Virus record (IMG/VR): IMGVR_UViG_3300009001_000013 | Span: 1-58,349 of that record | Direction: 5' to 3' (one strand) | DNA: 58,349 nt | DNA from: a virus | Lineage: Duplodnaviria; Caudoviricetes | Shown: positions 32,149-43,500 of the stretch, in pieces | Layout of the letters: each line of letters starts with the position of its first letter | Numbering within the stretch: the first letter of the stretch is position 1 | The notes under the pieces: model-generated | Seen by the model: only the letters and a program-made list of their open reading frames with translations | Database searches by the model: none | Told to the model about the DNA's origin: nothing | Program-made: the position numbers and the translations under genes

Positions 32149-32626
32149 GTTAACCGTCACTGACCCTATGGTTTGGGTGGCTGGAGCACGTGCCATGAAA
32201 ATGGGGCATATCAAGAATAGTATCACGGCTGGCAAGGCTAACCTAGAAGCATTCATCGCTGAGGAAGCGGTATCCAAATACCTGAAGCAAAAGCTTGAGG
32301 ACACTAAGGATTATGACATCCTCTGGGTTCCTGACGGAGAGCCCCTCACTGCAGATATCAAGACAAAAAGAAGGACTAAGCTGCCGTCTCCATACTTTGA
32401 TTGTCACATAGCGGACACGAGTCTGCACCAGCAATGCGATACCTACATATTCACATCGGTCATTCAGGAGGATGAGTGGTGGCGAGTATGGGTGCTTGGT
32501 TGGTTGACGAAGGATGAGTTCTTCTCGAAGGCTAAGCGTGTAAGAAAGGGTGATAAGGATGGTCAGTTCGTAGAGCACGTAGACGGATACAAGTGTAAGG
32601 TGTCAGACCTAAACCTAATGCCATGA
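32129..32626 (+). CDS. PD-(D/E)xK-like nuclease
   Basis: AFIAEEAV...DYDI...ADIKTK...CDTYIF...VWVLGW. Confidence 0.65.
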   Translation: MNSSYPELTVTDPMVWVAGARAMKMGHIKNSITAGKANLEAFIAEEAVSKYLKQKLEDTKDYDILWVPDGEPLTADIKTKRRTKLPSPYFDCHIADTSLHQQCDTYIFTSVIQEDEWWRVWVLGWLTKDEFFSKAKRVRKGDKDGQFVEHVDGYKCKVSDLNLMP

Positions 32627-33207
32627 GTTCATTTGACAAAGACGTACAGGTAGCTGAAAGAATTGAGCGTGCTTGGGGCGACTTTGTCCTGAACCATTAC
32701 CCAGTGTCTCATGTTGAATACAGCGAAGGCAAGGTTCCCGGATGGGATTTGAAGCTAAGGAACTACGATGGGAGAGCGAAGTTTCATGAGGTGAAGTTCG
32801 ACCAGTCTTCAGCTGCACCTTGGCTGAACTACAAAGGAGAAGAAAGAAGAGCGACAGGCAACCTCTTTATTGAATACAAAAACCCACGCTCAGGCAAAGA
32901 CTCTGGAATCATGGCGACATGTTCTGATTGGTGGGTGTACATTGTGAAGGAAGCTTATGAGCTGGTTGAGCTTGCTGAAGTTCACAAGTACAAAGCCAAA
33001 GCCTACATCATAAAGGCAGACCAACTAAAAGAATTTGTGGTGTCGGGCAATTTAACTAGCGTCCCTACCGTTAGGGATACTAAGAACGGAACGGTGAATG
33101 CAGAGGGCTGGCTTCTACCTGTCCATACTTTAAAATCTTCTGACGTAATCTGTTACGAGCAGGATTTTACGACGTATATTAGAGCCCTTTTTTCTTCTAA
33201 CCTTTAA
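32623..33207 (+). CDS. PD-(D/E)xK-like nuclease
   Basis: WDL...HEVKFD...TGNLFIEY...SGIMAT.SDWWVY. Confidence 0.7.
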   Translation: MSSFDKDVQVAERIERAWGDFVLNHYPVSHVEYSEGKVPGWDLKLRNYDGRAKFHEVKFDQSSAAPWLNYKGEERRATGNLFIEYKNPRSGKDSGIMATCSDWWVYIVKEAYELVELAEVHKYKAKAYIIKADQLKEFVVSGNLTSVPTVRDTKNGTVNAEGWLLPVHTLKSSDVICYEQDFTTYIRALFSSNL

Positions 33208-33217
33208 TCCATTTTTC

Positions 33218-35122
33218 ATGGACAACAACCAATTGGTGGACTCCATCCCGTGGGGTCCAGTAGGATACGTCACCTATAAAAGAACGTATTCAAGACAGAT
33301 TAACAACAAGCGCAGTGAAGAGTGGCCGGACACTGTAGACCGCGTGGTCAAGGCGTGCGACAAGCAGCTCAACGTAGGCTTCACTACAGAAGAGGAGCAA
33401 GAGTTGAGAGATATTATGCTGAACCTAAAGGGTACAGTAGCTGGCAGGTTCTTATGGCAACTAGGAACTAAGACAGTCGATAGGCTTGGTCTTCCATCGC
33501 TTCAGAACTGCGCCTTCGTAGTAGTCGATGACCCTATCCGTCCGTTCACTTGGGCATTCGAAATGCTTATGCTTGGCTCTGGTGTGGGGTTCAACATCCA
33601 ACGCGAGAACGTGTACCAGATACCAAAGGTTCAGAAGAAAAGAATTAAATTGGTTAGGAAGGATGAAAACGACGCAGACTTTATCGTACCTGACTCAAGG
33701 GAAGGGTGGGTTGAGTTGCTCAAGAGAACCTTGCAAGCCAGCTTTGAGACTGGTGAGGGATTTAGCTTCGCTACTCACCTCATCCGACCAGCTGGAGCAC
33801 CTATCAAGGGCTTTGGCGGGACAGCAAGCGGAGCGGAAGACTTGGTGAAGGGAATCATGAGCATCAACGAGGTTCTCAATAGTAGAGCCGGCAAAAAGTT
33901 GCGCCCTGTCGATTGTCTTGACATCATGAACATTATAGGTAGCGTCGTAGTCGCAGGTAACGTCCGCCGTTCTGCACAGATTGCCTTAGGTGACCATGAC
34001 GACATCGAATTCTTGCGAGCCAAGCGCTGGGATTTAGGTAGCATTCCTAACTGGAGAGCCATGTCTAATAACAGTGTCATCTGCTCAAACATCGAACAGC
34101 TACCCGAAGAATTTTGGGAGGGGTACAAGGGAAACGGAGAACCATACGGCCTCATCAACCTTGATTCGTCTCGTCGCATGGGAAGAACTAACGAAACACA
34201 ATACCCCGACCCCGATGTTCAGGGATATAACCCGTGTGCTGAGCAAAGCCTTGCAAACTTTGAGACCTGTTGCTTGGCAGAGATTTACCTACCCAACATC
34301 GACTCAGCTGAGGAGCTGTTCAAGGTTGCGAAGTATCTTTACAGGGTAAATAAGCACAGCTTGGCGATTAAGTGCGAGGTCAAGGAGACTGAGGACATCG
34401 TGCACAAGAACATGCGCATGGGCATCGGTGTTACTGGGTATCTTCAAGCATCTGAGGAGCAGCGTCAATGGCTTGGTGAGGTGTATCAGAAAATCAGAGA
34501 ATTCGATGTCGAGTATTCGAGAACTAGAGGATTTCCAGAGTCAATTAAACTCACGACAGTCAAGCCCAGTGGCACGCTGTCTTTACTTGCTGGCGTTACA
34601 CCGGGAGCTCATCCCGGATATTCAGAATACTTCATTAGACGAATTAGAATGGCTTCAAGTAGCGACCTTGTACAAGCTTGCAGGGATAGAGGCTATAGCA
34701 TAGAGTACGTGAAGAACTTTGACGGTACTGAAGACCATGGCACAGTAGTGGTTGAGTTTCCTTGTAAGTTTCCCAAGGGTACCATGTATGCTAAAGACAT
34801 GACAGCTATCGACCAGCTTAACGTCATCAAAAGACTTCAGCAAGAGTGGAGTGACAACAGCGTGTCAGTCACCATCTACTACAAGAAAGAGGAGCTTAAT
34901 GATATCAAGTTGTGGTTATCCCTGAACTACTACGACGTGAAGTCTGTTAGCTTCTTGCTACACAATGACCATGGATTTGCTCAAGCTCCGTTCGAAGAGA
35001 TTACACAAGAGCAGTACGAGGAGATGAGCGCGAAGGTTCAGCCTATCAATAGCCTAGGCGTTCTCGATATGAGCGACATCGAGATTCAGGATTGTGACAC
35101 CGGAGCATGCCCAGTACGATGA
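33218..35122 (+). CDS. nrdJ: Class II (adenosylcobalamin-dependent) ribonucleotide reductase, monomeric RTPR type
   Basis: TYKRTYSR, GRFLW, LQNCAF, VAGNVRRSAQI, NPCAEQ, TTVKPSGT, C-terminal CDTGACPVR; no small subunit gene. Confidence 0.92.
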   Translation: MDNNQLVDSIPWGPVGYVTYKRTYSRQINNKRSEEWPDTVDRVVKACDKQLNVGFTTEEEQELRDIMLNLKGTVAGRFLWQLGTKTVDRLGLPSLQNCAFVVVDDPIRPFTWAFEMLMLGSGVGFNIQRENVYQIPKVQKKRIKLVRKDENDADFIVPDSREGWVELLKRTLQASFETGEGFSFATHLIRPAGAPIKGFGGTASGAEDLVKGIMSINEVLNSRAGKKLRPVDCLDIMNIIGSVVVAGNVRRSAQIALGDHDDIEFLRAKRWDLGSIPNWRAMSNNSVICSNIEQLPEEFWEGYKGNGEPYGLINLDSSRRMGRTNETQYPDPDVQGYNPCAEQSLANFETCCLAEIYLPNIDSAEELFKVAKYLYRVNKHSLAIKCEVKETEDIVHKNMRMGIGVTGYLQASEEQRQWLGEVYQKIREFDVEYSRTRGFPESIKLTTVKPSGTLSLLAGVTPGAHPGYSEYFIRRIRMASSSDLVQACRDRGYSIEYVKNFDGTEDHGTVVVEFPCKFPKGTMYAKDMTAIDQLNVIKRLQQEWSDNSVSVTIYYKKEELNDIKLWLSLNYYDVKSVSFLLHNDHGFAQAPFEEITQEQYEEMSAKVQPINSLGVLDMSDIEIQDCDTGACPVR

Positions 35123-35412
35123 GCAGTAAGGCAAGTAAAGAGTTCATTGCGAACATGAAGATGTTTCGTGTAGAGCAAATCATGCAAGTCTTAGTTGACG
35201 AGGAGGCCATGCTTGCCGATGGGTTTGAGTCCGCCCTGCTTGGTCATACTCAAGGTTCAAACATTGTAGCTGTGTACGACTTCGATATGTGTGTTCACAT
35301 CCTTATGGAACGCGACGGCATGACATGCGAAGAAGCGGTAGAGTTCATGGACTACAATGTCACTGGCTCTTACGTAGGAGAGAAGACTCCAATCTTTATC
35401 TCACTGGTATGA
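35119..35412 (+). CDS. Conserved phage hypothetical protein
   Basis: ADGFESALLG...AVYD...DGMT.EEAVEF..YN..G.YVGEKTP; ATGA coupling at 35119. Confidence 0.75.
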   Translation: MSSKASKEFIANMKMFRVEQIMQVLVDEEAMLADGFESALLGHTQGSNIVAVYDFDMCVHILMERDGMTCEEAVEFMDYNVTGSYVGEKTPIFISLV

Positions 35413-35446
35413 AAAGGATAGAGCATTGCTGGGTCAGCCAGCTTTA

Positions 35447-36631
35447 CTATCTTGGTATTGTTACACCGGCTTGATGCAGGAGTTTCATTACCTTACGGAA
35501 GCCCTCGCCCTTCAAGGCGGGGGTTTCTTCTTCTCTATAGAATGGGTCAAGCTCCGCGCCAAAGCAAATAGTCCCCCATTGAGACAGAACAATTGTGAAG
35601 TCTGTCACAGTAAAGAACCCATCGCCATTTAAATCCCCCTCAAGCCAATCGAGGTCACCGAAATGGTCTAGGCACATAAGTAAATCGTTAGTGCCTACTA
35701 CGTAGTCACCACTAACATCCCCGATACAGAAATCATCATCGTCTGTGTCAACAATGTTTGGTCGTGTGATAGATAGGATTGCATGCATCCGTTCTATCTG
35801 ACCGGCAGTGAAATTATGACGGCAAGAATCAACATAGTAATCCATGTGATTGTCGTGAACGTAGTCTGCCCAAGGTTGTGCCGGGTTCCAAGCCGGTGGG
35901 CATATAGGGTTGTCACATGACCAGCTCACCTTTATTGGGGGAGTGTCGCATACATAGTCTCCAGTCTCAGCGCAGTCACCTAAGTCCTGCCCGCAAAAGT
36001 CAACGGATTTGAATACGTGTTGCAATCCTAGGTAGTGACCAACCTCATGAATCATGGTTTTGTTTTCGTCTCGTGCTCCCCAGAGATGGTCTCCAAGCCT
36101 GCCAAAGACATTAGACCTTATCCATACACCATCGAATGGAGTGGGAGCTTGAGATGTCCATGCAAAACCTAGAATTCCAGAGCAGAACTGCGGGAATATG
36201 TGCACGTTCATATAAATATCTTGGTCCCAAATTAATGGCTCAAGGTAGTTTTCTGCAACAGTCCAGCCGTAGTAGCTGTACGGGACACAGGTGTTGTATT
36301 GAGCCAGTAGCTCTTGTCCCCCTTCCAGCTCATCGAGGTCGTGATACTCTATGCCATGTAAATCAAAGGTGAACAGCGCCTCTTCGAATTCCTCGTTAAG
36401 ATGTTCGTGCGCATCCCAAACAAGGTCTTCACTGAAGTAACTATAGTCATAGATTGAGCTGTCAGTATGATGGATGTGAACGACATAATTAATGTTCTTT
36501 AATGTGACCGGGTCATACAAGAAGCCCATCATCTTGGGCTGAGTCGCCACATCCCCAAATACCACGCAAGAGTCCTGAGCTGTTGCAGACAAAGCAACAG
36601 TTGCCATGACTAGGGCAAGTAGCCGTGTCAC
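35447..36631 (-). CDS. Secreted zinc metalloprotease, M43 (pappalysin/ulilysin) family, with C-terminal dockerin-like Ca-binding repeats
   Basis: Signal peptide; HEVGHYLGLQH; DYVCDTPP; NHMDY Met-turn; FTAGQIERM; GDVSGDYVVGTNDL and GDLNGDGFFTVTDF. Confidence 0.88.
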   Translation of the reverse strand: MTRLLALVMATVALSATAQDSCVVFGDVATQPKMMGFLYDPVTLKNINYVVHIHHTDSSIYDYSYFSEDLVWDAHEHLNEEFEEALFTFDLHGIEYHDLDELEGGQELLAQYNTCVPYSYYGWTVAENYLEPLIWDQDIYMNVHIFPQFCSGILGFAWTSQAPTPFDGVWIRSNVFGRLGDHLWGARDENKTMIHEVGHYLGLQHVFKSVDFCGQDLGDCAETGDYVCDTPPIKVSWSCDNPICPPAWNPAQPWADYVHDNHMDYYVDSCRHNFTAGQIERMHAILSITRPNIVDTDDDDFCIGDVSGDYVVGTNDLLMCLDHFGDLDWLEGDLNGDGFFTVTDFTIVLSQWGTICFGAELDPFYREEETPALKGEGFRKVMKLLHQAGVTIPR

Positions 36632-37074
36632 CTCTTTGACTTTTCAATGGTGCGTCCAGCAAAGTACGCTCCGAACGATGTCAGCATAAGGATTTGGAGC
36701 AGGTCAATGTAGCTGTCTTTTACATTGAACGGCCAGTTGTCCATACTGTCGAACACCATGGTCAGGCAAAACATAACCATAAGTGTGATGAGTGTCACAG
36801 GTCTGATAAGCTTAGCGAGCTTGACATCACTGTTCATGTCTGCCTTCCACCGCTCAGTCACGTTGTTTTGATACGCAATCTCTGCGTCTACCCTAGCCTT
36901 GGCTTCTTCTGGTGAGATGCCGGGCTCTTTGTCCAGTAAGTTCTTTACAATACCAAGCGCACCTTGGTCGGGCAACAGGTCACCTACAGTGTTGAGTATG
37001 TTAGGTGCTTTCTCGGCAAGCCATTTACCAAGGTTTGTGTCCTTAATTTTTTTGTTCTGCTCCATCGAAATCAA
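36628..37074 (-). CDS. Holin (3TM/GTA-holin-like)
   Basis: VTERWKADM.SD..LAKLIRP followed by two hydrophobic helices and GAYFAGRTIEK. Confidence 0.75.
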   Translation of the reverse strand: MISMEQNKKIKDTNLGKWLAEKAPNILNTVGDLLPDQGALGIVKNLLDKEPGISPEEAKARVDAEIAYQNNVTERWKADMNSDVKLAKLIRPVTLITLMVMFCLTMVFDSMDNWPFNVKDSYIDLLQILMLTSFGAYFAGRTIEKSKR

Positions 37075-37525
37075 TGTATGTTATTGTTACCTCATCGCCA
37101 CACTCAATGGCCTCAGCTATTGGTGTATAGATTCTTTTGTATGCGTTTACCGAGCTGCCTACAAACCCATCAGACTGTACGTTCTCTGTCTGGGTGTCGC
37201 CCACCAGCAAGCAGCCACTAGTGTCGTCGTCGTCGTTACCAGCATGAATGAGTATGTATTCGAAGTTCGGCACGTTCCTTACCCATAGCATACCCTTATG
37301 AATATCCCCGAACCTGCTAGAGTATTTGGAATGAAAACCACCTACTGTTCTAAGAGTAATGTCGTATGTACCAGCAGGTATTCTCGTTTCGTGCATGACC
37401 TTTACATCTCTGTATTCATCCTCAAGAGTATAGGCCATGAACTTGCGGTCACCACTTGTGATGTCAAACAACAAGCCTAGCGTGCTGTCTTTCTGGCTGC
37501 TGAATCTTACTACTTCTAATTTCAT
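37043..37525 (-). CDS. DUF5675 family protein, putative endolysin (L,D-transpeptidase-like)
   Basis: STLG, YTLED, RIPAGTY, VPNFEYILIHAGN...TSGCLLVG; next to the holin. Confidence 0.8.
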   Translation of the reverse strand: MKLEVVRFSSQKDSTLGLLFDITSGDRKFMAYTLEDEYRDVKVMHETRIPAGTYDITLRTVGGFHSKYSSRFGDIHKGMLWVRNVPNFEYILIHAGNDDDDTSGCLLVGDTQTENVQSDGFVGSSVNAYKRIYTPIAEAIECGDEVTITYIDFDGAEQKN

Positions 37526-40500
37526 TCTTCTATTGATTCAAGGTATCGTTCTTCCACAAAGAAGCTGGGTCTTACAAGACCAAGATATGTGTCAAGGAAC
37601 AGCTTAAACGATTTGTATTCGCTTGTCTCCATGCTCTCTCTCTTACCTCTGAGGTATGCGTAATAATCTCTAGCGTTCTTCAATTGTTTGGGTAGCTGTC
37701 TGGCCTCTCGCATAAACCTCTTGTAGTCTTCTGGGTAGGAAGATTGCATATGTTTCTCTGCTACTACAGGTTTAATGCTTGACTTGAACTCGTTGGTGGT
37801 TCTAATCTTGTCAAACGGATTGTCTGCCTTGGACACCAACTCAGAGACACGCTCTCTACCCTGACCCTCAGCCAACTCAAGACCATATCTCTCGGCAACG
37901 CTTTCGTATCCAGCGAGAGCAGATTCCGAAGACAACCTCCTATCTCTAGCCAAGTCATCCATCTTCTTAACCAGCGTCTCAACTTCCTTGCTTGACAATC
38001 CGATTAGTTGACCGCTCATCAACCCCAGCTTTAAGAAGTAGTGCATAGTGAGGGCATCCTTATCTTCTGGCCTGACGTAGTATTCCATGCCAGTAGACGA
38101 GACCACCTTGTTGTTCGGCAGGTTAATGTTGGCTATGGTTGTTCTCGCATCATCAAGGAAGTCACCGTATGGACCCAGTCCACGGAAGATGGTTTGCGTC
38201 GCATCCTTTGGCGCACCCTTGTAGTACATGGTTGCCCCCTTGTTAAGTCGAACCCATCTCTCATACCCGTCTTCGTCACCCAAGTTGAAGTCACCCTCTC
38301 TTAAAACATCCATCGGATACCATAGATATCTGTTCATCGCTGACTTGATTCCATTGTCAAGGACTCCGAACGGAGGCAATGGCTGAGCATCGACAGCAAC
38401 CTGCGTAGCAATGTCTCTCCAAACGTTCTCTGGCTCCATCTTCTCTTCTTCCTCATCACCCATGACAAGAGATGCCAGAGCTGGAATGATAATCTTGTTT
38501 ACGTATGCAAACAAAGTGAGTTCAGCAGCGTGTCCGACCAGAGCGATGGCCCCTTCTTTCTTGGCTTGAGCATCGCCCTTCGCAACTCTTATTACGTCCG
38601 AAGAGATGCTTCTCTTTTTGTTGACGGCGAATCTAGAAAATGGCAGTAGAATATTTTGAGCGAGGTAGGCGATACCAGACTTGATTCCCTTCTCTTGTTG
38701 GTAAAGGTCAGCGGCTTCCCTTGGTGTAGATGCGGCTTGGTCTTTACTCACCATGGCATCAGCGTAACTCAGTGCTGTTGCATTGGGGTTAGCTGCCTCC
38801 GCATCCCAATCAATCTCATCAAAGCTTTGGATTACCCCTTCGCTCATGAGCGCGTCAGCGTAGAACGTAAACCATGAAGCTACCGCCGCTACTTTATCGG
38901 TACCCTTGAGGTTCTGCAACGACCAGTTGGTAAACTTCTGAGTGACCTTCAGAACTGCTGGCTCATCAAACGAAATCTTACCTGTGTATGGGTCGATGTT
39001 TCCTGCTTCGTAATCCCTCTGGAATACAGGCGAGTTCTGTAACAGTTTGTACCTTCCGTCATCAAGAGCCATCTTGCTGTCCTTTCTGACTCCAGTCTTC
39101 AGTGTATATGCTGCCATCTCGTACACGGTGCCGACCAGATATGGGATGGCTTGCAGTGGGTTCTTAGTTTGGAACATTACCGAGGTTAGAACCGTGCTTT
39201 GCTTAAGGGTCTGAAAGAACACGCCGCCAAAAGCCTTAATGACCACAGCGTTTCTTACAACGTACAGAGGGTTGATGAATCTAGTTCCTTTGACTCTGAA
39301 TGTAGGCTGAAATACCGGAGGAATCTTGCCCGTATCCTGCTGCACGTACAGCATAATCTTTCTTTCAAGGTCTTTTCGGGCGGACGTGTCAGGGATAAGG
39401 TTCTTCATTGCATCGCTATTCAATGCATGATTGGCAGCAACCACGTCACCAACAGTGTGCGACAATATGATGTTATCCCTTAGCGTTCTCTCGTTAATAG
39501 AGAAGAAGTCAAGGCCAATTCTATTCTTACCCTTAAGTGAACGAGGATTTCTTTCGAAGCTACTGCCCGCAACTTTCTTAGCACCTGATAAGGATGTACT
39601 TGCCAGCTGCTCTTGCAGCGACTTTCGCATTCTAAGAAGGTCATCTACGTCGGTAACACCAGTCTCAGGAATCACCTCAAACGCAGTGTAGTTCTCTTCG
39701 GCCTCTAGTTCCTTGCCCAAGTATCGCTCTACGTAGTTTCTGAACTGAGGCATAAGTGTTGAATGAATGTCGCTCATGAACTGAACATACTCAGCGATGT
39801 CTTTTCTTTCATTCTCGACCTTGCTGATTAGCTCCGGCAATGTTGTCCCACCCCCGAACAGAAAGCTGTATGCGTCTTCAAATTCATCCAGCTCCTCTCT
39901 GCTAAACGTCTGCTGCTGTTCGTAGTAGTCAATCGTTCTACGCATGGCATTTCGAATCTCGATATACCACGCAGCTTCAGCACCTCCTCGCTCGCCCTCG
40001 AATTCTGGCATCTGCCTTGCCATGGAATATAACTGAGCAATAGCGTTGTCCATTTTGGTGGTAACGCTTCCTCCCTCCTCTGTAATTCTATTGACTTCAG
40101 CTTCAATTAACTCTACAATTTGAGCGTGCATGAAGTCAGCCTTAGCAAAACTGTTAGTCATCTGAGCAAGCCCGACAGCTACTCGCAGCTTAGCAAACGT
40201 AAGCCTATCCGTTGGTATGAGGTTGGATAAGTAGGAATTAACTGTGTCGAGCGGCCCGAGCAACACCTTGGCCCTAGCCCTTAACCCTTTAGAATTGGAG
40301 AGCTTTGCGATAGAGCTAGGCATGTCAATCACACCCTTGACAAGCGAGTGCATGTACCCGACACCATAAACAGAATCGTTAATGATGTAGTCGTCTAGCC
40401 TGTAGTCAAGGTTGATGATGTGGTGACGCTTGAGCATCTGAAGTCGCCTCACTAATTGGTCAATGTCCAAGTCGTCTACACTGTAGATTCCTAGAATGTC

Positions 40501-43500
40501 AGCAATCTGGCTGTCCTCAAGAAGCTTTTCGATGTTGGCTGCAATGCGAGGCACAAGTACGTCATAGATGATAGCATCCTTCTGCAGCTCCTCCTTTGTC
40601 GATGCCTGCTCTGCAAGAATCTGGGTGATGATGTCAATGTGCGCTGGATTGTTTTCATCAAGCGCAATCAACTCGCCAGTATCAGGGTGGTTGACGGTGG
40701 GATTGTCATCAATAAAGTTGAGTATAGCGCGACGACTGGAGGATAATCGGCTACGCTCGTAGTTCTTTACCAGTTTGTCATACTCTTCCTGAACGCTTGT
40801 CTTGTTCTTAGCCGCTCTCATCTGAGCTCTAGCCATGAATAGAGATTGTCGTCCAAGCTCTTCCATCGCGGAGTATGAACTCAGCACAGCCCTCAGTGTT
40901 TCAGCATCTGTCTTAGGAAAGGCTACCCCTATGTACGATTCAATCTCTTTATCGAATACAGCCTTTGATTTCGACATGGAACTGATGGTCTGCATCAGGG
41001 TCTTAACAAAGTTTTCAAGCTCTGCCTGTGGAAGCAGGGATGGGTTGATAGCTGCCAACCCGTTGGCAATCTTTGCGTATGTCGTAACGTTTTTAGGTGC
41101 GGCTCCACGTCCACGAACCTTAGCCATCCTCTTGAGTCTGGCTTGCAAGTCTCTTGCGTGTTTAATACCATCCAAGTATCTCTGCATCTCGGCCTTTGTA
41201 TCACGCTGGTCGAAGATGACGGAAATCTTGTCAATGAATGACTGCATAGCATCGAGCCCCTCCTCCTTTATTTTCTTGCCGCTTGTCCTATGAGCTTGTC
41301 TTATGTACTTAACCAACAACTTGACCTGCCCTCGTGTGAACGGAGTCTTAGCATTCTCCTTCATGCGGGCATCAATAAGCTCAATAGCCTTGGCGAGAAA
41401 CTCGTTGAAGGTTTCAGATTTATCCCTAAGCTCTTCGAGAGACTTCTTTAGATTCTTGGCTTTAGTAGACATCTTGCGAGTCTCTGCCGCATGCTTCATA
41501 GCCACGCGCATACCCTCTCTCTTGCCTTGAGTTCGGCCTTGCTTGTAAGCAACAGCTTCTTTATACAAACGCTCGGCTGCCTCCTTGGTCATACCATAAC
41601 CAGTAAGCGTTTCGATAACCTCCTTCTTCACTCTGACAAACGCATCCATCTGTGCGCTCTCGTCAATACTGGTTACGGGATTCTTTCTTCTCTTATCCCT
41701 TTTAACAATTGGTGATGGGTACTTAGCGTCAATCATCTGTGACACCAAACGAATCAGGTTACCCTGCGCCTTACCCTCCTCTTGCACCATGTTCTGTGCT
41801 TTGCCTTTCATCCTAGCCATGCCGTATGGCTGGTTCCTGAGACCGAGTAGAGCGTACCACGCAGCAGCAGCTGAAGCTTTTGGGTTCTTCCTGTCCTTGT
41901 ACTTGTTCTCTGAGAACGTTTCAACAAATGGCTCTAAGTCAAAGCCTCTTTCAGTAGTAAGCACATCTTGAGCTGGCACCTTATCCTTGAACAGGTGGAG
42001 CTTCGGTTGCTTTTTATTGCCGTTCTCGTCTACTTGAATTACAGCCGCAGGGAATATGGCTGAAGCCTCAGCATCCTCTACGAATGTCACATCGGAGTCA
42101 ATCTCAATAGCTCCATAAATCATGCCGGGAGGCACTCCTTGAAGGAACTCTTCCGTGAGCATCCGAGCTACAATAGCCTTGACCATGCTACCACCCTGAG
42201 TCTTGCCTACTTTATCCGTATCAAGCATTTCTTGGATGGCATCTCTAGCCTCTTGATTCTCCTTGAGCGCAACGCCCATGTTGACAAACATCCTATCCGT
42301 AAAGTACTTACGCTTGCCAAAGGTTGATGCCTTGACATCGCCCATGTACTCAAGGATTCTCTCTGCAACCTCAGCTCTTGAACCGTCAATCCTAACTGGT
42401 CGGTCTTTAGGGAATGTCTCTTTAAAGGTGTCGATGAGTAGCTTATTAAATACGGACTCAGCCATCACGCCCTGTTCGACTAGTCTTCTCAGAACAATCT
42501 CAGAAGCTCTAAGCGCACCAGTGTTGCTGAATAGTTTTTCTTGGGTTCCGCTAATCAATGTAAAGAACACCTTTCCGTCTGGCGAAGCCTTACGCATAGC
42601 GTTAATCTTGTCAGCCACAACCTTTGCCTCTTTAGTGTCAGCAAACGCCCACACATTTCCAGACTTGACCGGGTAGAATACTCCACCACCTCCGCTAAAT
42701 ATCAACTCATCATCGAAGTAAACATCCCCAACCATGAGGTTGTCAGGAGATGATGTCATAATAGTCCTATCCTCCAGTAGTTCAAATGCGTCCTGATTGT
42801 GGACGACAGCTCGGCGCATTAACTTCTTGAACTCAGAGTCATCCTTAGCATACTTGTTAGAAAACCTACCAAACTTCTGAGCCTTGTTGGTAGACATGGC
42901 CTCCGTGTTTTTTACGGTCTGGCCCGGAAGAATGTGCTGGAACTTAACTGTGGTTCCATCCTTGTTTACCACAGTGAATCGCTCGTCAGCTGGCGACACC
43001 TTCTCTACATCTTTCGCCAACACCAATGCTCCGATTTGAATTACCTCAGAAGCGGACACGATTGGGTTGCCGTCTCTCTTGTCGTAAAACCAGCTATGTC
43101 TAAATGGATTCATGCCAACCTGTACCCACCCTTCGAGCTTTCCAATTGCAAGGTCGGACATGTTGTACTCCTCGCTATTCATAATCTCTTCAGCCCTGTC
43201 TCTGAGCTGTTGTGGATTGTGGTTGTTCCAATCCCCAAACATCCTAGCGATTGTAGTCTTTGACTTTTCAATGGCTATGTTCAACGCGCCCTTGGCTACC
43301 GAATGAAACTCTACGTTGGTAGCTAGAGCTGTTTGCCCGTACCCAATAGACTTGCCGCCTAGGTTTGGAGCACGTTCATCGCCTCTTGCTCCTTGGTGGA
43401 TAGACACTACCCATACATCGTAATTATCGTAAGCTGGAATATCAAGTCTCAGACCCACGTAGTAGTTGTCAGGAATTTCTTTGTTCAATCCAATGATGCC

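Noticed and set aside
40459-40473. DLDID in the giant protein as a crAss-type virion RNA polymerase DxDxD catalytic motif
   Set aside because: It lacks the preceding G-x context (YSVDDLDIDQL), sits in an apparently helical region, and no other RNAP motifs are recognisable. A structure search is needed to exclude it fully.
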